A program made the translations under genes and the position numbers. A DNA stretch of 32,000 bases from PVC group bacterium (GTDB lineage Bacteria; GCA-001730085; JADFSZ01): positions 1-32,000 of the forward strand of contig JADFSZ010000001.1 of the NCBI GenBank assembly GCA_022560555.1. Reading direction: 5' to 3'. The notes under the pieces were generated by a model that saw only the letters and a list, made by a program, of their open reading frames with translations, made no database searches and had not been told where the DNA came from. Shown here piece after piece: positions 8,356 to 19,900 of this stretch. Positions within the stretch are counted from its first letter, which is position 1; every line of letters starts with the position of its first letter.

Positions 8356-9543
8356 ATGGAATTTGTAAGTCGAACTTCGACAAACACGGATACCACGAAA
8401 GCCGTTGAGGAACTAACTCATGATCTCGATGGCACTTATCAATTCGGGATCCTTTTTATTTCCGGTGATTATCGAGATCATTTATCTGAACTTCTTTCAA
8501 AACTTCTCGCCTCCATTTCTGTGCAAACATTAATGGGATGCACTTGCTTGAGTGTCATCGGTTCACATGAAGAGCTCGAAGATCATCCGGGCATGGTTCT
8601 TTTTTTAGCAAAACTCCCGGGGGCTAAAATCGTTCCGTTCTCAATCAGTCAAAATCAAATGGGTCAATTTGAATCAATGAGCGAATGGCACAGTTTTTTT
8701 GATGTTTACCCGAATGAAAATCCCACTTTTTTTCTCTTGTCTGATCCTTTCATGTTTGACACACAAATGTTTATCGATGGCATCAACATGTCCTATCCGG
8801 GTCAAACCCTTGTCGGCGGCATTGCGTCCGGAGCGACACATCCCGGAGAGAACATGCTCTTTATTAACCAAGAGTTTTTTGATTCGGGAGCCGTAGGCCT
8901 CATCCTCACGGGAGAAGTGACGGTCAAAACAGTTGTTTCTCAAGGCTGTCGTCCTATTGGGAACACATATACCGTGACCAAGGCCGAGAGAAATATGATT
9001 TTCAGCATTGCTAATCATCCTGTTTTGGAAATTTTGCAGGACATTCTGGACAAATGCACTCCAACTGAAAAAGAACTTGCCACACAAGCGCTCTTTGTCG
9101 GGATTGTGATGGATGAATACCTTCACACGTTCAAACGAGGTGATTTTCTCATTCGCGGAGTTATCGGCGCGGATGAACAAGCAGGTGCCATCGCGATCGC
9201 AGATACCATTCAAACGGGACAGACCATTCAATTTCATGTCCGTGACGGCAAGACGGCCAAGGAAGATCTTGTCTCCTTACTCACATCATTGAAAACATCC
9301 CAAAAAAAAGATTTACCACAAGCCGCTTTGGTTTTTAATTGTAATGGGCGTGGTCAACATATGTATCAAGAACGCCATCATGACATCCAAGCGATCCAAA
9401 ATCATGTTGGTCCCATACCCGTGGCGGGTTTCTTTTGCGCCGGTGAAATCGGCCCTGTCGGAAAACGAAACTATCTTCATGGGTTTACAAACAGCATGGC
9501 CTTATTTTATCCGGCAGGGGATTCAGAACTGAAAAAATCATAA
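8356..9543 (+). CDS. FIST-domain (FIST_N + FIST_C) sensory protein
   Basis: Typical FIST_C ending ALVFNCNGRG..MY.....D...I......P.AGFFCAGEIGPVG. GGAGGA RBS 8 nt upstream, 3 nt after the upstream stop. Confidence 0.8.
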   Translation: MEFVSRTSTNTDTTKAVEELTHDLDGTYQFGILFISGDYRDHLSELLSKLLASISVQTLMGCTCLSVIGSHEELEDHPGMVLFLAKLPGAKIVPFSISQNQMGQFESMSEWHSFFDVYPNENPTFFLLSDPFMFDTQMFIDGINMSYPGQTLVGGIASGATHPGENMLFINQEFFDSGAVGLILTGEVTVKTVVSQGCRPIGNTYTVTKAERNMIFSIANHPVLEILQDILDKCTPTEKELATQALFVGIVMDEYLHTFKRGDFLIRGVIGADEQAGAIAIADTIQTGQTIQFHVRDGKTAKEDLVSLLTSLKTSQKKDLPQAALVFNCNGRGQHMYQERHHDIQAIQNHVGPIPVAGFFCAGEIGPVGKRNYLHGFTNSMALFYPAGDSELKKS

Positions 9544-9589
9544 AGCTAATCTTATCTATGCATTACAAAATTATCACTGTTCGTTTTCC

Positions 9590-9618
9590 TTGACGATTAA
9601 GCTAAAATGTGCTATATT
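9590..9618 (+). promoter_or_regulatory. putative sigma70 promoter (extended -10) for the A-type Fe-S carrier gene
   Basis: TTGACG (9590-9595), 17-nt spacer, TATATT (9613-9618), preceded by TGC (TGn extended -10). Confidence 0.5.
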
Positions 9619-9655
9619 GCCTTTATAATAGGTAGTTTGTGAAGAAACTAAAGCC

Positions 9656-10018
9656 ATGACTGATAAATTGAAAACCGAATCAAAGCCCACAGAGTATCCC
9701 ATCAGCCTCACGGATGGGGCCATCACAAAAGCGCTTCTGTCTATGAAAGCTGAAGGCAAGACCGGTTGGGGCCTAAAAATCTCAGTTAAAATCGGAGGAT
9801 GTGCAGGATACACCTATCTTTTATCATTTGTGGAGCATCCTCTGGACACGGATGAAATTCTTCAAATGCGGGAGCTGAAAGTCTTTGTCGACAAAAACGC
9901 GCTTCGTCTCATCAAGGGCATCACGATTGATTATCTTGACAGCCTCAACGAGAGCGGATTTAAGTTCATTAATCCAAATGCTAAAACCACTTGCGGCTGC
10001 GGCACATCTTTCAGCTAA
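9656..10018 (+). CDS. iron-sulfur cluster insertion/assembly protein, A-type carrier (IscA/ErpA/HesB family)
   Basis: LKISVKIGGCAGY, FVDK.A......G..IDY, C-terminal CGCGTSF three-Cys signature. Confidence 0.88.
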   Translation: MTDKLKTESKPTEYPISLTDGAITKALLSMKAEGKTGWGLKISVKIGGCAGYTYLLSFVEHPLDTDEILQMRELKVFVDKNALRLIKGITIDYLDSLNESGFKFINPNAKTTCGCGTSFS

Positions 10019-10055
10019 TCCTCTCCTGGCCCACACCATTAAATCTCGTTAATGT

Positions 10056-10084
10056 TTGCTTTTGTTTCCTTCCTATAATATAAT
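10056..10084 (+). promoter_or_regulatory. putative sigma70 promoter for thiC
   Basis: TTGCTT (10056-10061), 17-nt spacer, TATAAT (10079-10084). A second overlapping TATAAT lies at 10074-10079. This implies a 5'UTR of only about 65 nt. Confidence 0.4.
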
Positions 10085-10123
10085 TTCCAACAGCTTAAAC
10101 CTTAATGGTCGCTTCTCCTCTAA

Positions 10124-11968
<1,845 letters not shown>

Positions 11969-12047
11969 AAAAAGTTTCTAGCTTCTGGTTTTTTGTAGTT
12001 GTTTGTGTGTTGTCACACTATTTACTATTTTACAAATTACGGTAAAC

Positions 12048-13139
12048 ATGGATCGTTCCTTTTATACCCAACTGGCCTCTAACAGCATCCAAGAGATCTC
12101 TCCCGATACGGACATCTCTCTTAGAATCCTTCGTGATCCGTCCCTAGAACTCTTACCCCTTCTTGACGCGGCTTTTGAAGTCCGTAAAAAATTTACAGGT
12201 AAAGAAGTTGCCATTCACATCATCAACAATGCGCAAAACGGCTTTTGTCCCGAAGATTGTCATTACTGCGCTCAGGCAAAAACATCCCGGGCAGATATTG
12301 ATGAGTATCCCACAAAGTCGGATGATGAGATTCTCGAAGAAGCTCGGATCGCGTATGAGTCCGGGGCGTTTCGATATTGCCTTGTTTATGCCGGACGAGG
12401 CCCCAGTCATAAAAGGGCATTGCATATCGCCGGCTTGATTCGATCAATCAAAGAGAAGTATCCCCTCCAGGTCTGTGTATCCGCAGGTCTCATGGACAAA
12501 TACAATATTAAAGTTCTCAAAGAGGCCGGCCTAGACCGACTTAATCATAATTTAAATTCTTCGGAAAGTTTTTACCCTAAAATTTGCTCCACACACACGT
12601 ATCAGGACCGTCTCAACACTTTGAAAGCCGCCCGTGACGCTCAATTGGAAATTTGTTCCGGCATGATCGCCGGAATGGGAGAAACACCCAAAGATATTGT
12701 CGAAGTGGCCCAAACGCTTCTTGAGCTGAAAGCTCCTTCGATCCCAATCAATTTTCTTATACCGATCGAAGGGAATGTTCTTGGGGCCCCTCAGGGTCTC
12801 ACTCCCGAATATTGTTTACGCATATTGTGTCTGTTTCGGTTTATAAATCCCAAATCCGAAATCCGGGCGGCCGCGGGTCGCGAAGGGCATTTGCGTTCGA
12901 TGGAAGTCATGGCGCTTTACCCGGCCAACTCGATTTTTATGGAAGGATATCTGAATACATTGGGGCTTGATCGATCGCGTGTCCTCCGGATGATACAAGA
13001 TGCCGGATTCACGATTAAAGGCGCCCTTTCTCTCGATGATCTGATAGACAAAGAAAATCAAAACTCCGGCTTTCATATCGATGGAACTCAGTCGTTTATG
13101 AAATCATTAAACGATCTTCGCCCCGTAAAACAACCCTGA
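12048..13139 (+). CDS. bioB: biotin synthase (radical SAM, BioB family)
   Basis: GFCPEDCHYCAQ radical-SAM motif in the BioB-specific form. LNHNLNSSESFYPKICSTHTYQDRLNTLKAARDA.L.ICSG.I.GMGET is collinear with BioB YNHNLDTS...CSGGI.GLGE. First ATG is at 12048; the track start at 12003 is a TTG. Confidence 0.8.
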   Translation: MDRSFYTQLASNSIQEISPDTDISLRILRDPSLELLPLLDAAFEVRKKFTGKEVAIHIINNAQNGFCPEDCHYCAQAKTSRADIDEYPTKSDDEILEEARIAYESGAFRYCLVYAGRGPSHKRALHIAGLIRSIKEKYPLQVCVSAGLMDKYNIKVLKEAGLDRLNHNLNSSESFYPKICSTHTYQDRLNTLKAARDAQLEICSGMIAGMGETPKDIVEVAQTLLELKAPSIPINFLIPIEGNVLGAPQGLTPEYCLRILCLFRFINPKSEIRAAAGREGHLRSMEVMALYPANSIFMEGYLNTLGLDRSRVLRMIQDAGFTIKGALSLDDLIDKENQNSGFHIDGTQSFMKSLNDLRPVKQP

Positions 13140-13158
13140 ATCTTCAAGAGCTCATTTC

Positions 13159-14097
13159 ATGATAAATTCTATCCGGAAAGATGTGAAGAATCATGCTCTT
13201 TCTCAATTAGGCTTTGATGATTGTCGTTTTACGAAAGTTGATAGCCCAAACAATATCACACGTTACAAAGAGTGGCTTTCGAAAAATTTTCATGGAGAAA
13301 TGAGCTATCTAGAAAGACACACCGCATTTAAAGAAGATCTAAATCTCTTGCTTCCGGACGTTAAATCCGCAATCGTTCTCGCCAAAAACTACAAAAACAC
13401 AAACAAAAAACATCTCAATCAAAAACACAAAATTGCCCGATACGCTGTGGGCCAAGATTACCACGAAGTGATTTCTAAAAAATTAAGCCATTTTGAGCGT
13501 TATTTAAATACTGTCTTACCCGAACATAATTTTTACGCCGGGGTGGACAGCCGCCCTATTCCGGAACGGGATCTGGCTTTAAAGGCCGGGATTGGATTTC
13601 GAGGAAAGAACAGCATGGTGATTAAGCCCGGCTTAGGCAGCTATTTCTTCCTCGCGGTTATTCTTTCGACCTATGAGTTTATGCCTGATCAACCCTCAAC
13701 CGTTAATTGCGGTCAATGCCGCTTGTGTCTGGATGCATGCCCAACGGGTGCGATTACGGATGATTATGAAGTGGACTCGAGAAAGTGTATCAGCTATTTA
13801 ACGATCGAAAAAAAGACTCCCTTGAATGACGGTGAGCTCCAAAGCCTCAACAACTGGATGTTTGGATGTGATATCTGCCAAGAAGTCTGTCCTTACAACC
13901 ACAAACAAGGCAATCTTACGAATTGGAAAGAGTTTGATTCATCCGGCGGTGTTGGTTTTTCTTTTTTTGATAAGCAAAACCCACAAACTGATTTAGCGCT
14001 AGAAATCCCCAAACATTCCGCAATGTATCGATCCCGAAAAAACATCGGCACAATATGGAAAAACATCCATGCCTCGAGACCCGGCATCCGGGGCTAA
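13159..14097 (+). CDS. queG: tRNA epoxyqueuosine(34) reductase QueG
   Basis: ARYA.G.DYH, two ferredoxin-type clusters CGQCRLCLDACPTGAI and CDICQEVCPYN, CISYLTIE. Confidence 0.88.
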   Translation: MINSIRKDVKNHALSQLGFDDCRFTKVDSPNNITRYKEWLSKNFHGEMSYLERHTAFKEDLNLLLPDVKSAIVLAKNYKNTNKKHLNQKHKIARYAVGQDYHEVISKKLSHFERYLNTVLPEHNFYAGVDSRPIPERDLALKAGIGFRGKNSMVIKPGLGSYFFLAVILSTYEFMPDQPSTVNCGQCRLCLDACPTGAITDDYEVDSRKCISYLTIEKKTPLNDGELQSLNNWMFGCDICQEVCPYNHKQGNLTNWKEFDSSGGVGFSFFDKQNPQTDLALEIPKHSAMYRSRKNIGTIWKNIHASRPGIRG

Positions 14098-14127
14098 TCG
14101 GTCCCTTGTTGCTCACTAGAATACTAT

Positions 14128-14156
14128 TTGACACTTGTTCATAGGTTCTATAAAAT
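14128..14156 (+). promoter_or_regulatory. putative sigma70 promoter for trxB
   Basis: TTGACA (14128-14133), 17-nt spacer, TAAAAT (14151-14156); about 90 nt upstream of the trxB ATG. Confidence 0.4.
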
Positions 14157-14247
14157 CCTTTGCTCATGGGGCCCAAACCCCGACGAAAGCAAGACGGCTC
14201 TTAACCGTCTATGCTATGTACACTTACCTAAATCAAGGACAAAAAGA

Positions 14248-15216
14248 ATGAGTGAAAATGTGATCATTATCGGCTCAGGTCCTGCCGGACACGCAGCCGC
14301 CATTTACACTGCCCGCGCCAAACTCAATCCCCTCATGTTTGAAGGATTCATGGCGGGCGGCGTCGCCGCGGGAGGACAACTAACAACCACGACAGATGTC
14401 GAAAATTATCCTGGATTTGAGGCCATCAGCGGGCCTGAACTCATGGAAAAAATGCGCAAGCAATCTCTCCGTTGCGGCACGCGCATTGAGACACTTACGG
14501 TGGATAGTGTAAATTTATCTCAACAGCCCTTTAGTGTCACTGTGGGTGATAAAACATATGAAACAAAAATAATCATTATCGCAACCGGAGCGACAGCCAA
14601 GCGTCTCCAGGCTCCCGGCGAAGATCTTTTTTGGCAAAAGGGAATTTCCGCATGCGCTGTATGTGACGGAGCTCTTCCGCTTTTTCGAGATAAACATCTT
14701 GTTGTCATTGGCGGTGGAGATACCGCCTGTGAAGAAGCCACATTTTTGACACACTTTGCGTCTAAAATCAGTATTCTAGTTCGCAGGGATAAAATGCGCG
14801 CGTCAAAAACGATGCAGGAGCGTGTGTTGACAAATAAAAAGATTGAAATGGTTTGGGATACTGTCCTTGTGGAAGCCATGGGTAACAAAATGCTGACACA
14901 TCTTAAAATTAAAAATGTTAAAACAAATAAAGAAAGCACCCTTGAAGCCGGCGGATTATTTTATGCTATAGGGCACACGCCGAACACCGAATTTTTGTCG
15001 GGGCAACTTGAACTCGATGAAACCGGATACGTCAAAACACGCCCCGGAGCCACCCTAACAAATATACCGGGTGTATTTGCCTGCGGCGATGTGCAAGACA
15101 AAACGTATCGCCAAGCCGTGACGGCGGCCGGTTCAGGATGCATGGCCGCTCTGGAGGCCGAACGCTATTTATCGGAAAAACCTCACTCAAATGACAAATC
15201 AAACTCTGGAATCTAA
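14248..15216 (+). CDS. trxB: thioredoxin-disulfide reductase
   Basis: IIIGSGPAGHAAAIY FAD motif, redox-active CAVCDG, GGGDTACEEA NADPH motif, FACGDV. Start moved to the ATG at 14248 (MSENVIIIGSG) with AAGGA upstream. Confidence 0.93.
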   Translation: MSENVIIIGSGPAGHAAAIYTARAKLNPLMFEGFMAGGVAAGGQLTTTTDVENYPGFEAISGPELMEKMRKQSLRCGTRIETLTVDSVNLSQQPFSVTVGDKTYETKIIIIATGATAKRLQAPGEDLFWQKGISACAVCDGALPLFRDKHLVVIGGGDTACEEATFLTHFASKISILVRRDKMRASKTMQERVLTNKKIEMVWDTVLVEAMGNKMLTHLKIKNVKTNKESTLEAGGLFYAIGHTPNTEFLSGQLELDETGYVKTRPGATLTNIPGVFACGDVQDKTYRQAVTAAGSGCMAALEAERYLSEKPHSNDKSNSGI

Positions 15217-15928
15217 AAGAGAAACCCAGGAAGAAATTTGGGCGATGTTTGATCAAATCGCCCCCCGGTACGATCTAGCCAACCGTCTTTTATCCTTTGG
15301 CCAAGACGTCTTATGGCGAAAGAATATAACGCAAGCCATCCCCAATGAGTCATCTTATGATGTTCTGGATGTCGCAACGGGAACCGCGGATGTTCCTTTA
15401 TCGTTAGTCAAAAACAAGAAAAGTATTCGCAAAGTTTACGGCATCGATATGTCATCGGAAATGCTCAAAGTCGGAACTAGAAAGATAGCTGAGCATTCTT
15501 TAGAGAATAAAATCAGCTTGTCCCTCGGTGATGCTACAGATATTCCCTTCCCTGATAATCGTTTTGATGTTGTAACAATCGCATTCGGCATTCGCAACAT
15601 TAAAGACACAAAAAAAGCTCTTCAAGAAATGAAACGTGTCTGCAAACCTGGCGGCTCTGTCATTATTCTAGAATTTTCACTTCCTGAAAACCCCCTCATG
15701 CGAAAATTTTATCTTTTCTACTTTCAAAAGGTTCTTCCGGTTGTCGCGGGATGGATCACGGGAAAAAAGGATGCATATCGCTATCTCAACAGCACGGTCA
15801 TGGCCTTTCCTTATGGCCGTGAGTTCAGCTCACTTCTTCAACAGGCAGGATTTATCGATATCAAAACCTCCACCCTTTCATGGGGCATTGCCTCTTTATA
15901 TCAAGCGCATATTGGGCATTCCGTATGA
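15191..15928 (+). CDS. ubiE: demethylmenaquinone/ubiquinone C-methyltransferase (UbiE/MenG)
   Basis: MFDQIAPRYDLANRLLSFGQDVLWR, VLDVATGTAD SAM motif, FDVVTIAFGIRN, KPGG...ILEFS, AYRYL..S. The start at 15191 overlaps trxB by 26 nt; 15245 is an alternative start. Confidence 0.86.
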   Translation: MTNQTLESKRETQEEIWAMFDQIAPRYDLANRLLSFGQDVLWRKNITQAIPNESSYDVLDVATGTADVPLSLVKNKKSIRKVYGIDMSSEMLKVGTRKIAEHSLENKISLSLGDATDIPFPDNRFDVVTIAFGIRNIKDTKKALQEMKRVCKPGGSVIILEFSLPENPLMRKFYLFYFQKVLPVVAGWITGKKDAYRYLNSTVMAFPYGREFSSLLQQAGFIDIKTSTLSWGIASLYQAHIGHSV

Positions 15929-17286
15929 GTCCTGTTAAAAACATTATTGAGCTCTGTGACATCACTTTAATGCTCAGAGAGAAAATCCACAATCTTGACA
16001 CAAACTCAGACAAGAACCTATTTCGAATTGAAATTGATATCCAGGAATACTCGCCGTTAGATTGGCTTCTGGGACAGCACCATCCACTTCAATTTTACTG
16101 GGAAAGTCGTGACGGCAAATTCGAAGTCGCGTGGATCGGCTCAACAAAGAAATTTTTCTATCCTCAATCATTCGATTTAAAAACGCTCCATAATGAGATT
16201 CAAGACCTCATAACACAGGACAGCTCTCTGTTTTTACGTGTTTATGGGGGCCTGGCTTTTAGTAACAGAACCTCTCATGGATCTTTATGGAACCCGTTTG
16301 GTCAGGGAAGTTTTGTTTTGCCGCGTTTGGAGCTCATTCGTAACGATGATCAATATCTATGCGCGATCAACATCCTGAATAGCTCTCAAGACATTTCCTT
16401 AGCTCTGGAGGAACTCTCTCGAGTCCATTTTAAGCCCGGGTCTTCCGATAAAATTTATCCCGAGATCATTTCCCGGACGGATCTTCCCGATAAACCGACA
16501 TGGAAGGAACAAATTGAAGAAGCTCTTTTAGCTTTTCAAGAAAAGAGAATTGAAAAAATTGTCCTTGCTCGAAAATCCACTTTTAAATTCGCGAACAAGA
16601 TCCCCCCGCTTCTTCTTTTAAAAAGGCTTAAACAGATTTCAGCTCAATGCTATTATTTTTATTTTCAGCCATGTCCTCACACGGCATTTTTAGGGGCTTC
16701 GCCTGAACAGCTTTACAAAAGAGACCATCAAACGATGTGGACCGAAGCCCTGGCCGGAACGCGTCCCCGGGGGAAATCGGCCAAAACAGATCAGATGTGG
16801 AGTGATGAGCTTCTGACGTGCGACAAGGATATTCGCGAGCATGGTTTTGTCATCCACGGTATCCGTGAAATCTTGAGTACAATATCGAGCAAGATCGAGG
16901 AAGACCCTCAACTTAATATTTTAAAACTCACCGGTGGTCAACACCTCCTTTATAGATTCAAAAGCCTATGCCATCCAAATGTAAGCGATGCTGAAATCTT
17001 AATGGCTCTATCCCCTACGCCGGCTGTTGCGGGTTATCCAACCCAAAACGCTCTATCTATGATTGAAGAAATAGAGAATTTTGATCGGGGCTGGTACGCG
17101 GGGCCCATCGGGTGGTTGGGACATAATCAAGCCGAATTCGCGGTGGCCATTCGTTCAGGTTTAATGTGCGACAATCAACTGGATCTCTTTTCAGGCGCCG
17201 GGATCGTTAAAGGCTCGGTTCCGGATGCCGAGTGGGACGAAATCGAGGCAAAAATCGGCAGTTTCACAAAAGCCTTTTTGATCTAA
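15925..17286 (+). CDS. menF: isochorismate synthase (menaquinone-specific by context)
   Basis: Chorismate-binding enzyme C-terminal motifs: LSPTPAVAGYP, RGWYAGPIGW, FAVAIRS, FSGAGIV.GS.P..EW.E...K. The ATG at 15925 overlaps the ubiE stop (ATGA). Confidence 0.85.
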   Translation: MSPVKNIIELCDITLMLREKIHNLDTNSDKNLFRIEIDIQEYSPLDWLLGQHHPLQFYWESRDGKFEVAWIGSTKKFFYPQSFDLKTLHNEIQDLITQDSSLFLRVYGGLAFSNRTSHGSLWNPFGQGSFVLPRLELIRNDDQYLCAINILNSSQDISLALEELSRVHFKPGSSDKIYPEIISRTDLPDKPTWKEQIEEALLAFQEKRIEKIVLARKSTFKFANKIPPLLLLKRLKQISAQCYYFYFQPCPHTAFLGASPEQLYKRDHQTMWTEALAGTRPRGKSAKTDQMWSDELLTCDKDIREHGFVIHGIREILSTISSKIEEDPQLNILKLTGGQHLLYRFKSLCHPNVSDAEILMALSPTPAVAGYPTQNALSMIEEIENFDRGWYAGPIGWLGHNQAEFAVAIRSGLMCDNQLDLFSGAGIVKGSVPDAEWDEIEAKIGSFTKAFLI

Positions 17287-17336
17287 CTCTTTTTAAGAGG
17301 AAAATTTTTAAAGAAACATATCTTAAAGAAAAAATT

Positions 17337-19094
17337 ATGCTTACACAAAATCTTAATATGCTTTGGGCGTCTTTAATGGTTGAGGAGCTTATTCGGAACG
17401 GGGTTGACACATTTGTTATCTCCACCGGTTCTCGTTCTACGCCTCTGGTTGTCGCCGCCGCCGAAAATCCCAAAGCAAAAACAATTGTTCATTTTGATGA
17501 ACGAGGGGCGGCCTATTTTGCCTTAGGATACGCGAAAACGAATCAAAAACCCGCGTGTGTGATATCAACATCCGGCTCGGCTGTGGCCAACCTTTTACCA
17601 GCCGTTGTTGAAGCCGCGCATGATCATACTCCTCTCATTATCCTTTCGGCAGACCGACCGCCTGAATTAAGGGATACATCTGCCAATCAGACAATTGATC
17701 AAACGAAAATTTTTGGATCATTCGTCCGATGGTTTTTTGATATGCCTTGTCCGGATCAACATATTGAGCCCCATGTGGTTTTATCTACTATCGATTATGC
17801 TCTTTGGAGAGCCACCGCTTTGTCACCGGGGCCTGTTCATATTAACACCATGTACCGTGAACCACTTGATCTTCTCCCAAATAAAGATTTTGATGAGGCC
17901 TATCTCTCCAAGATAGCCTCCTGGCATCTTTTGGACACGCCTTGGACAACATATCATCATCCGGTCATCCAAAGCACCGCTCAAGACACACAAGAACTCC
18001 TTCAACATATTCAAAGCGCCAAAAATGGAATTGTTGTTCTTGGTCGAATGACATCCTCTGAAGCAAAATCAGCAGCGGAGCTGACAAAACGGTTAGGCTG
18101 GCCCGTTTATGTTGATACGGTGTCCCAGGCAGGTGACATCCTGCCTAATAACCTCGTCATTCATCACCTTGAGCACATTATCAATAATTCAGAAAATCTA
18201 GAAAATCTCCACGCCGATCTTATTCTTCATATTGGAGGCAGCCTCATTTCAAAATCTGTCTCAAAATTTTTTCAAAATCAGAATGCTGAAAAATATATTC
18301 ATATTACGGACACCCCGGAGCGCTCAGATCCGTCTCATTGCGTCACGCATCGCATCATGTCAAAAATCCATCCCATTTTAGACGCACTAAAAATCCTTTC
18401 TTCATTTTCTCCTTCGCCGTCTCATCTTTTATTCCCATTAAAAAGTTTATCCGACAGCATTCATGCATCCATAGAACACACGATGATCAATGAGCAAGAA
18501 CTTCATGAGCCTTTGATTTCCTATCTTGTTTCTAAAAACATCCAAAAAAACACCGGCCTTTTTATATCCAATAGCATGCCAATTAGAGATTTTAATATGT
18601 TTGGAAAGTATTCGTCCGCATCCATATCCATTACAACAAATCGCGGAGCAAGCGGCATTGATGGAAATCTTGCTACCGCGATTGGATTTGCTTATCGAAC
18701 ACAACTGCCCACCATTGCCATTTTGGGAGATTTGGCATTTCTCCATGATCTCAATTCTTTGATGCTCCTCGAGAGCATCAAAAGCCCTTTTCTTATGATA
18801 ATTGTCAACAATAATGGCAGCGATATCTTCTCCTATTTGCCCATGGCATCCTGGGACAAAGAAAAATTTGAATCTTTTTTTGCGACACCTCACAACCGAA
18901 CGATGGAGGACGTCAGTCAACTTGGACGTGTATCTTATCAAAAGCCCGCTTCGCCCGAAGACCTTGAGAATATTCTGAAAACCTTTATGGATTCAGCTAA
19001 ACCTGTATTGGCAGAGATTATTCTTGATCGCTCAAAGACACCTTCTATTCGACAGCGCCTCAATTCAACAATTTTCTCTCAATTATCAACATGA
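17337..19094 (+). CDS. menD: 2-succinyl-5-enolpyruvyl-6-hydroxy-3-cyclohexene-1-carboxylate synthase
   Basis: N-terminal NMLWASLMVEEL.RNGV..FVISTGSRSTPL, TSGSAVANLLPAVVEA....PLI.LSADRPPELR. ThDP motif GASGIDG...A.G....LGDLAF.HD.N. Start moved to 17337. Confidence 0.9.
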   Translation: MLTQNLNMLWASLMVEELIRNGVDTFVISTGSRSTPLVVAAAENPKAKTIVHFDERGAAYFALGYAKTNQKPACVISTSGSAVANLLPAVVEAAHDHTPLIILSADRPPELRDTSANQTIDQTKIFGSFVRWFFDMPCPDQHIEPHVVLSTIDYALWRATALSPGPVHINTMYREPLDLLPNKDFDEAYLSKIASWHLLDTPWTTYHHPVIQSTAQDTQELLQHIQSAKNGIVVLGRMTSSEAKSAAELTKRLGWPVYVDTVSQAGDILPNNLVIHHLEHIINNSENLENLHADLILHIGGSLISKSVSKFFQNQNAEKYIHITDTPERSDPSHCVTHRIMSKIHPILDALKILSSFSPSPSHLLFPLKSLSDSIHASIEHTMINEQELHEPLISYLVSKNIQKNTGLFISNSMPIRDFNMFGKYSSASISITTNRGASGIDGNLATAIGFAYRTQLPTIAILGDLAFLHDLNSLMLLESIKSPFLMIIVNNNGSDIFSYLPMASWDKEKFESFFATPHNRTMEDVSQLGRVSYQKPASPEDLENILKTFMDSAKPVLAEIILDRSKTPSIRQRLNSTIFSQLST

Positions 19095-19900
19095 CTGCCC
19101 CCTTTAAGCTCTTCTATCAAACATACGGAAACCCTTCACATCCACCCATCCTATTTCTTCATGGATTTCTCGGATCTCATCGTGATTGGGAATCTATCAT
19201 TTCACAATGCCTTCCTAATTACTTTTCCATAGCGGTTGATCTTCCCGGTCACGGAAAAAGCCCGATATCCGGATCTATTATGACTTTTTCACTGTGTACG
19301 GATGCACTTGAAGCGGTTTTAAAAGATCTGGGAAGTCTAAAGCCGTTAGCGGTAGGTTACTCCATGGGGGGCCGTCTTCTTTTATGGACGGCCATCCATC
19401 GACCTCATCTGTTTTCTCGGATTCTTCTTGAAAGCGTCCATCCCGGCATTGAGGAAGAAAAGGAACAAGATCAGCGCATCCAATCAGACGCATTATTGTC
19501 CCAAAAACTGAAAGTGATGCCCTTCAATGATTTTCTAAGATATTGGTATCGCTCAAGCATGTTCGCCTCTCTTGTACAAACACCGGACGCACTCGAGAGC
19601 ATCATCCGGCTACGATTAGACAACAATCCCGAAGAATTATCTCAAGCCTTAAAATATCTAGGAACGGGCCGGCAACAACCTCTGTGGGGAGAGCTTAAAA
19701 ATCTAAATATTCCTGTGCATTTGCTTGCAGGAGTTTTGGATGAGCACTACGTCCGTATTGCAAGAAGAATCAAAAATATATTGCCTGAGAGTTCTCTTCA
19801 TTTGATCCCAAAAACGGGTCACAATATTCACCTGGAAAATCCTAAAGAATTTTGCCTGCATCTGCATAACTTCTTGACCCTAGAGTTCAACACCCATTAA
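19091..19900 (+). CDS. menH: 2-succinyl-6-hydroxy-2,4-cyclohexadiene-1-carboxylate synthase (alpha/beta hydrolase)
   Basis: LFLHGFLGS, DLPGHGKS, nucleophile elbow GYSMGGR, late GH..H. The ATG overlaps the menD stop (ATGA). Call rests on fold motifs plus men-operon context. Confidence 0.78.
   Translation: MTAPFKLFYQTYGNPSHPPILFLHGFLGSHRDWESIISQCLPNYFSIAVDLPGHGKSPISGSIMTFSLCTDALEAVLKDLGSLKPLAVGYSMGGRLLLWTAIHRPHLFSRILLESVHPGIEEEKEQDQRIQSDALLSQKLKVMPFNDFLRYWYRSSMFASLVQTPDALESIIRLRLDNNPEELSQALKYLGTGRQQPLWGELKNLNIPVHLLAGVLDEHYVRIARRIKNILPESSLHLIPKTGHNIHLENPKEFCLHLHNFLTLEFNTH

Noticed and set aside
8674-9237. 187-aa minus-strand ORF, plus similar antisense ORFs at 18447-18941, 14520-14939 and 2591-3010
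   Set aside because: Each is fully nested antisense to a well-supported gene (FIST, menD, trxB, floA). None has a start context or a recognisable motif. They are treated as shadow frames.
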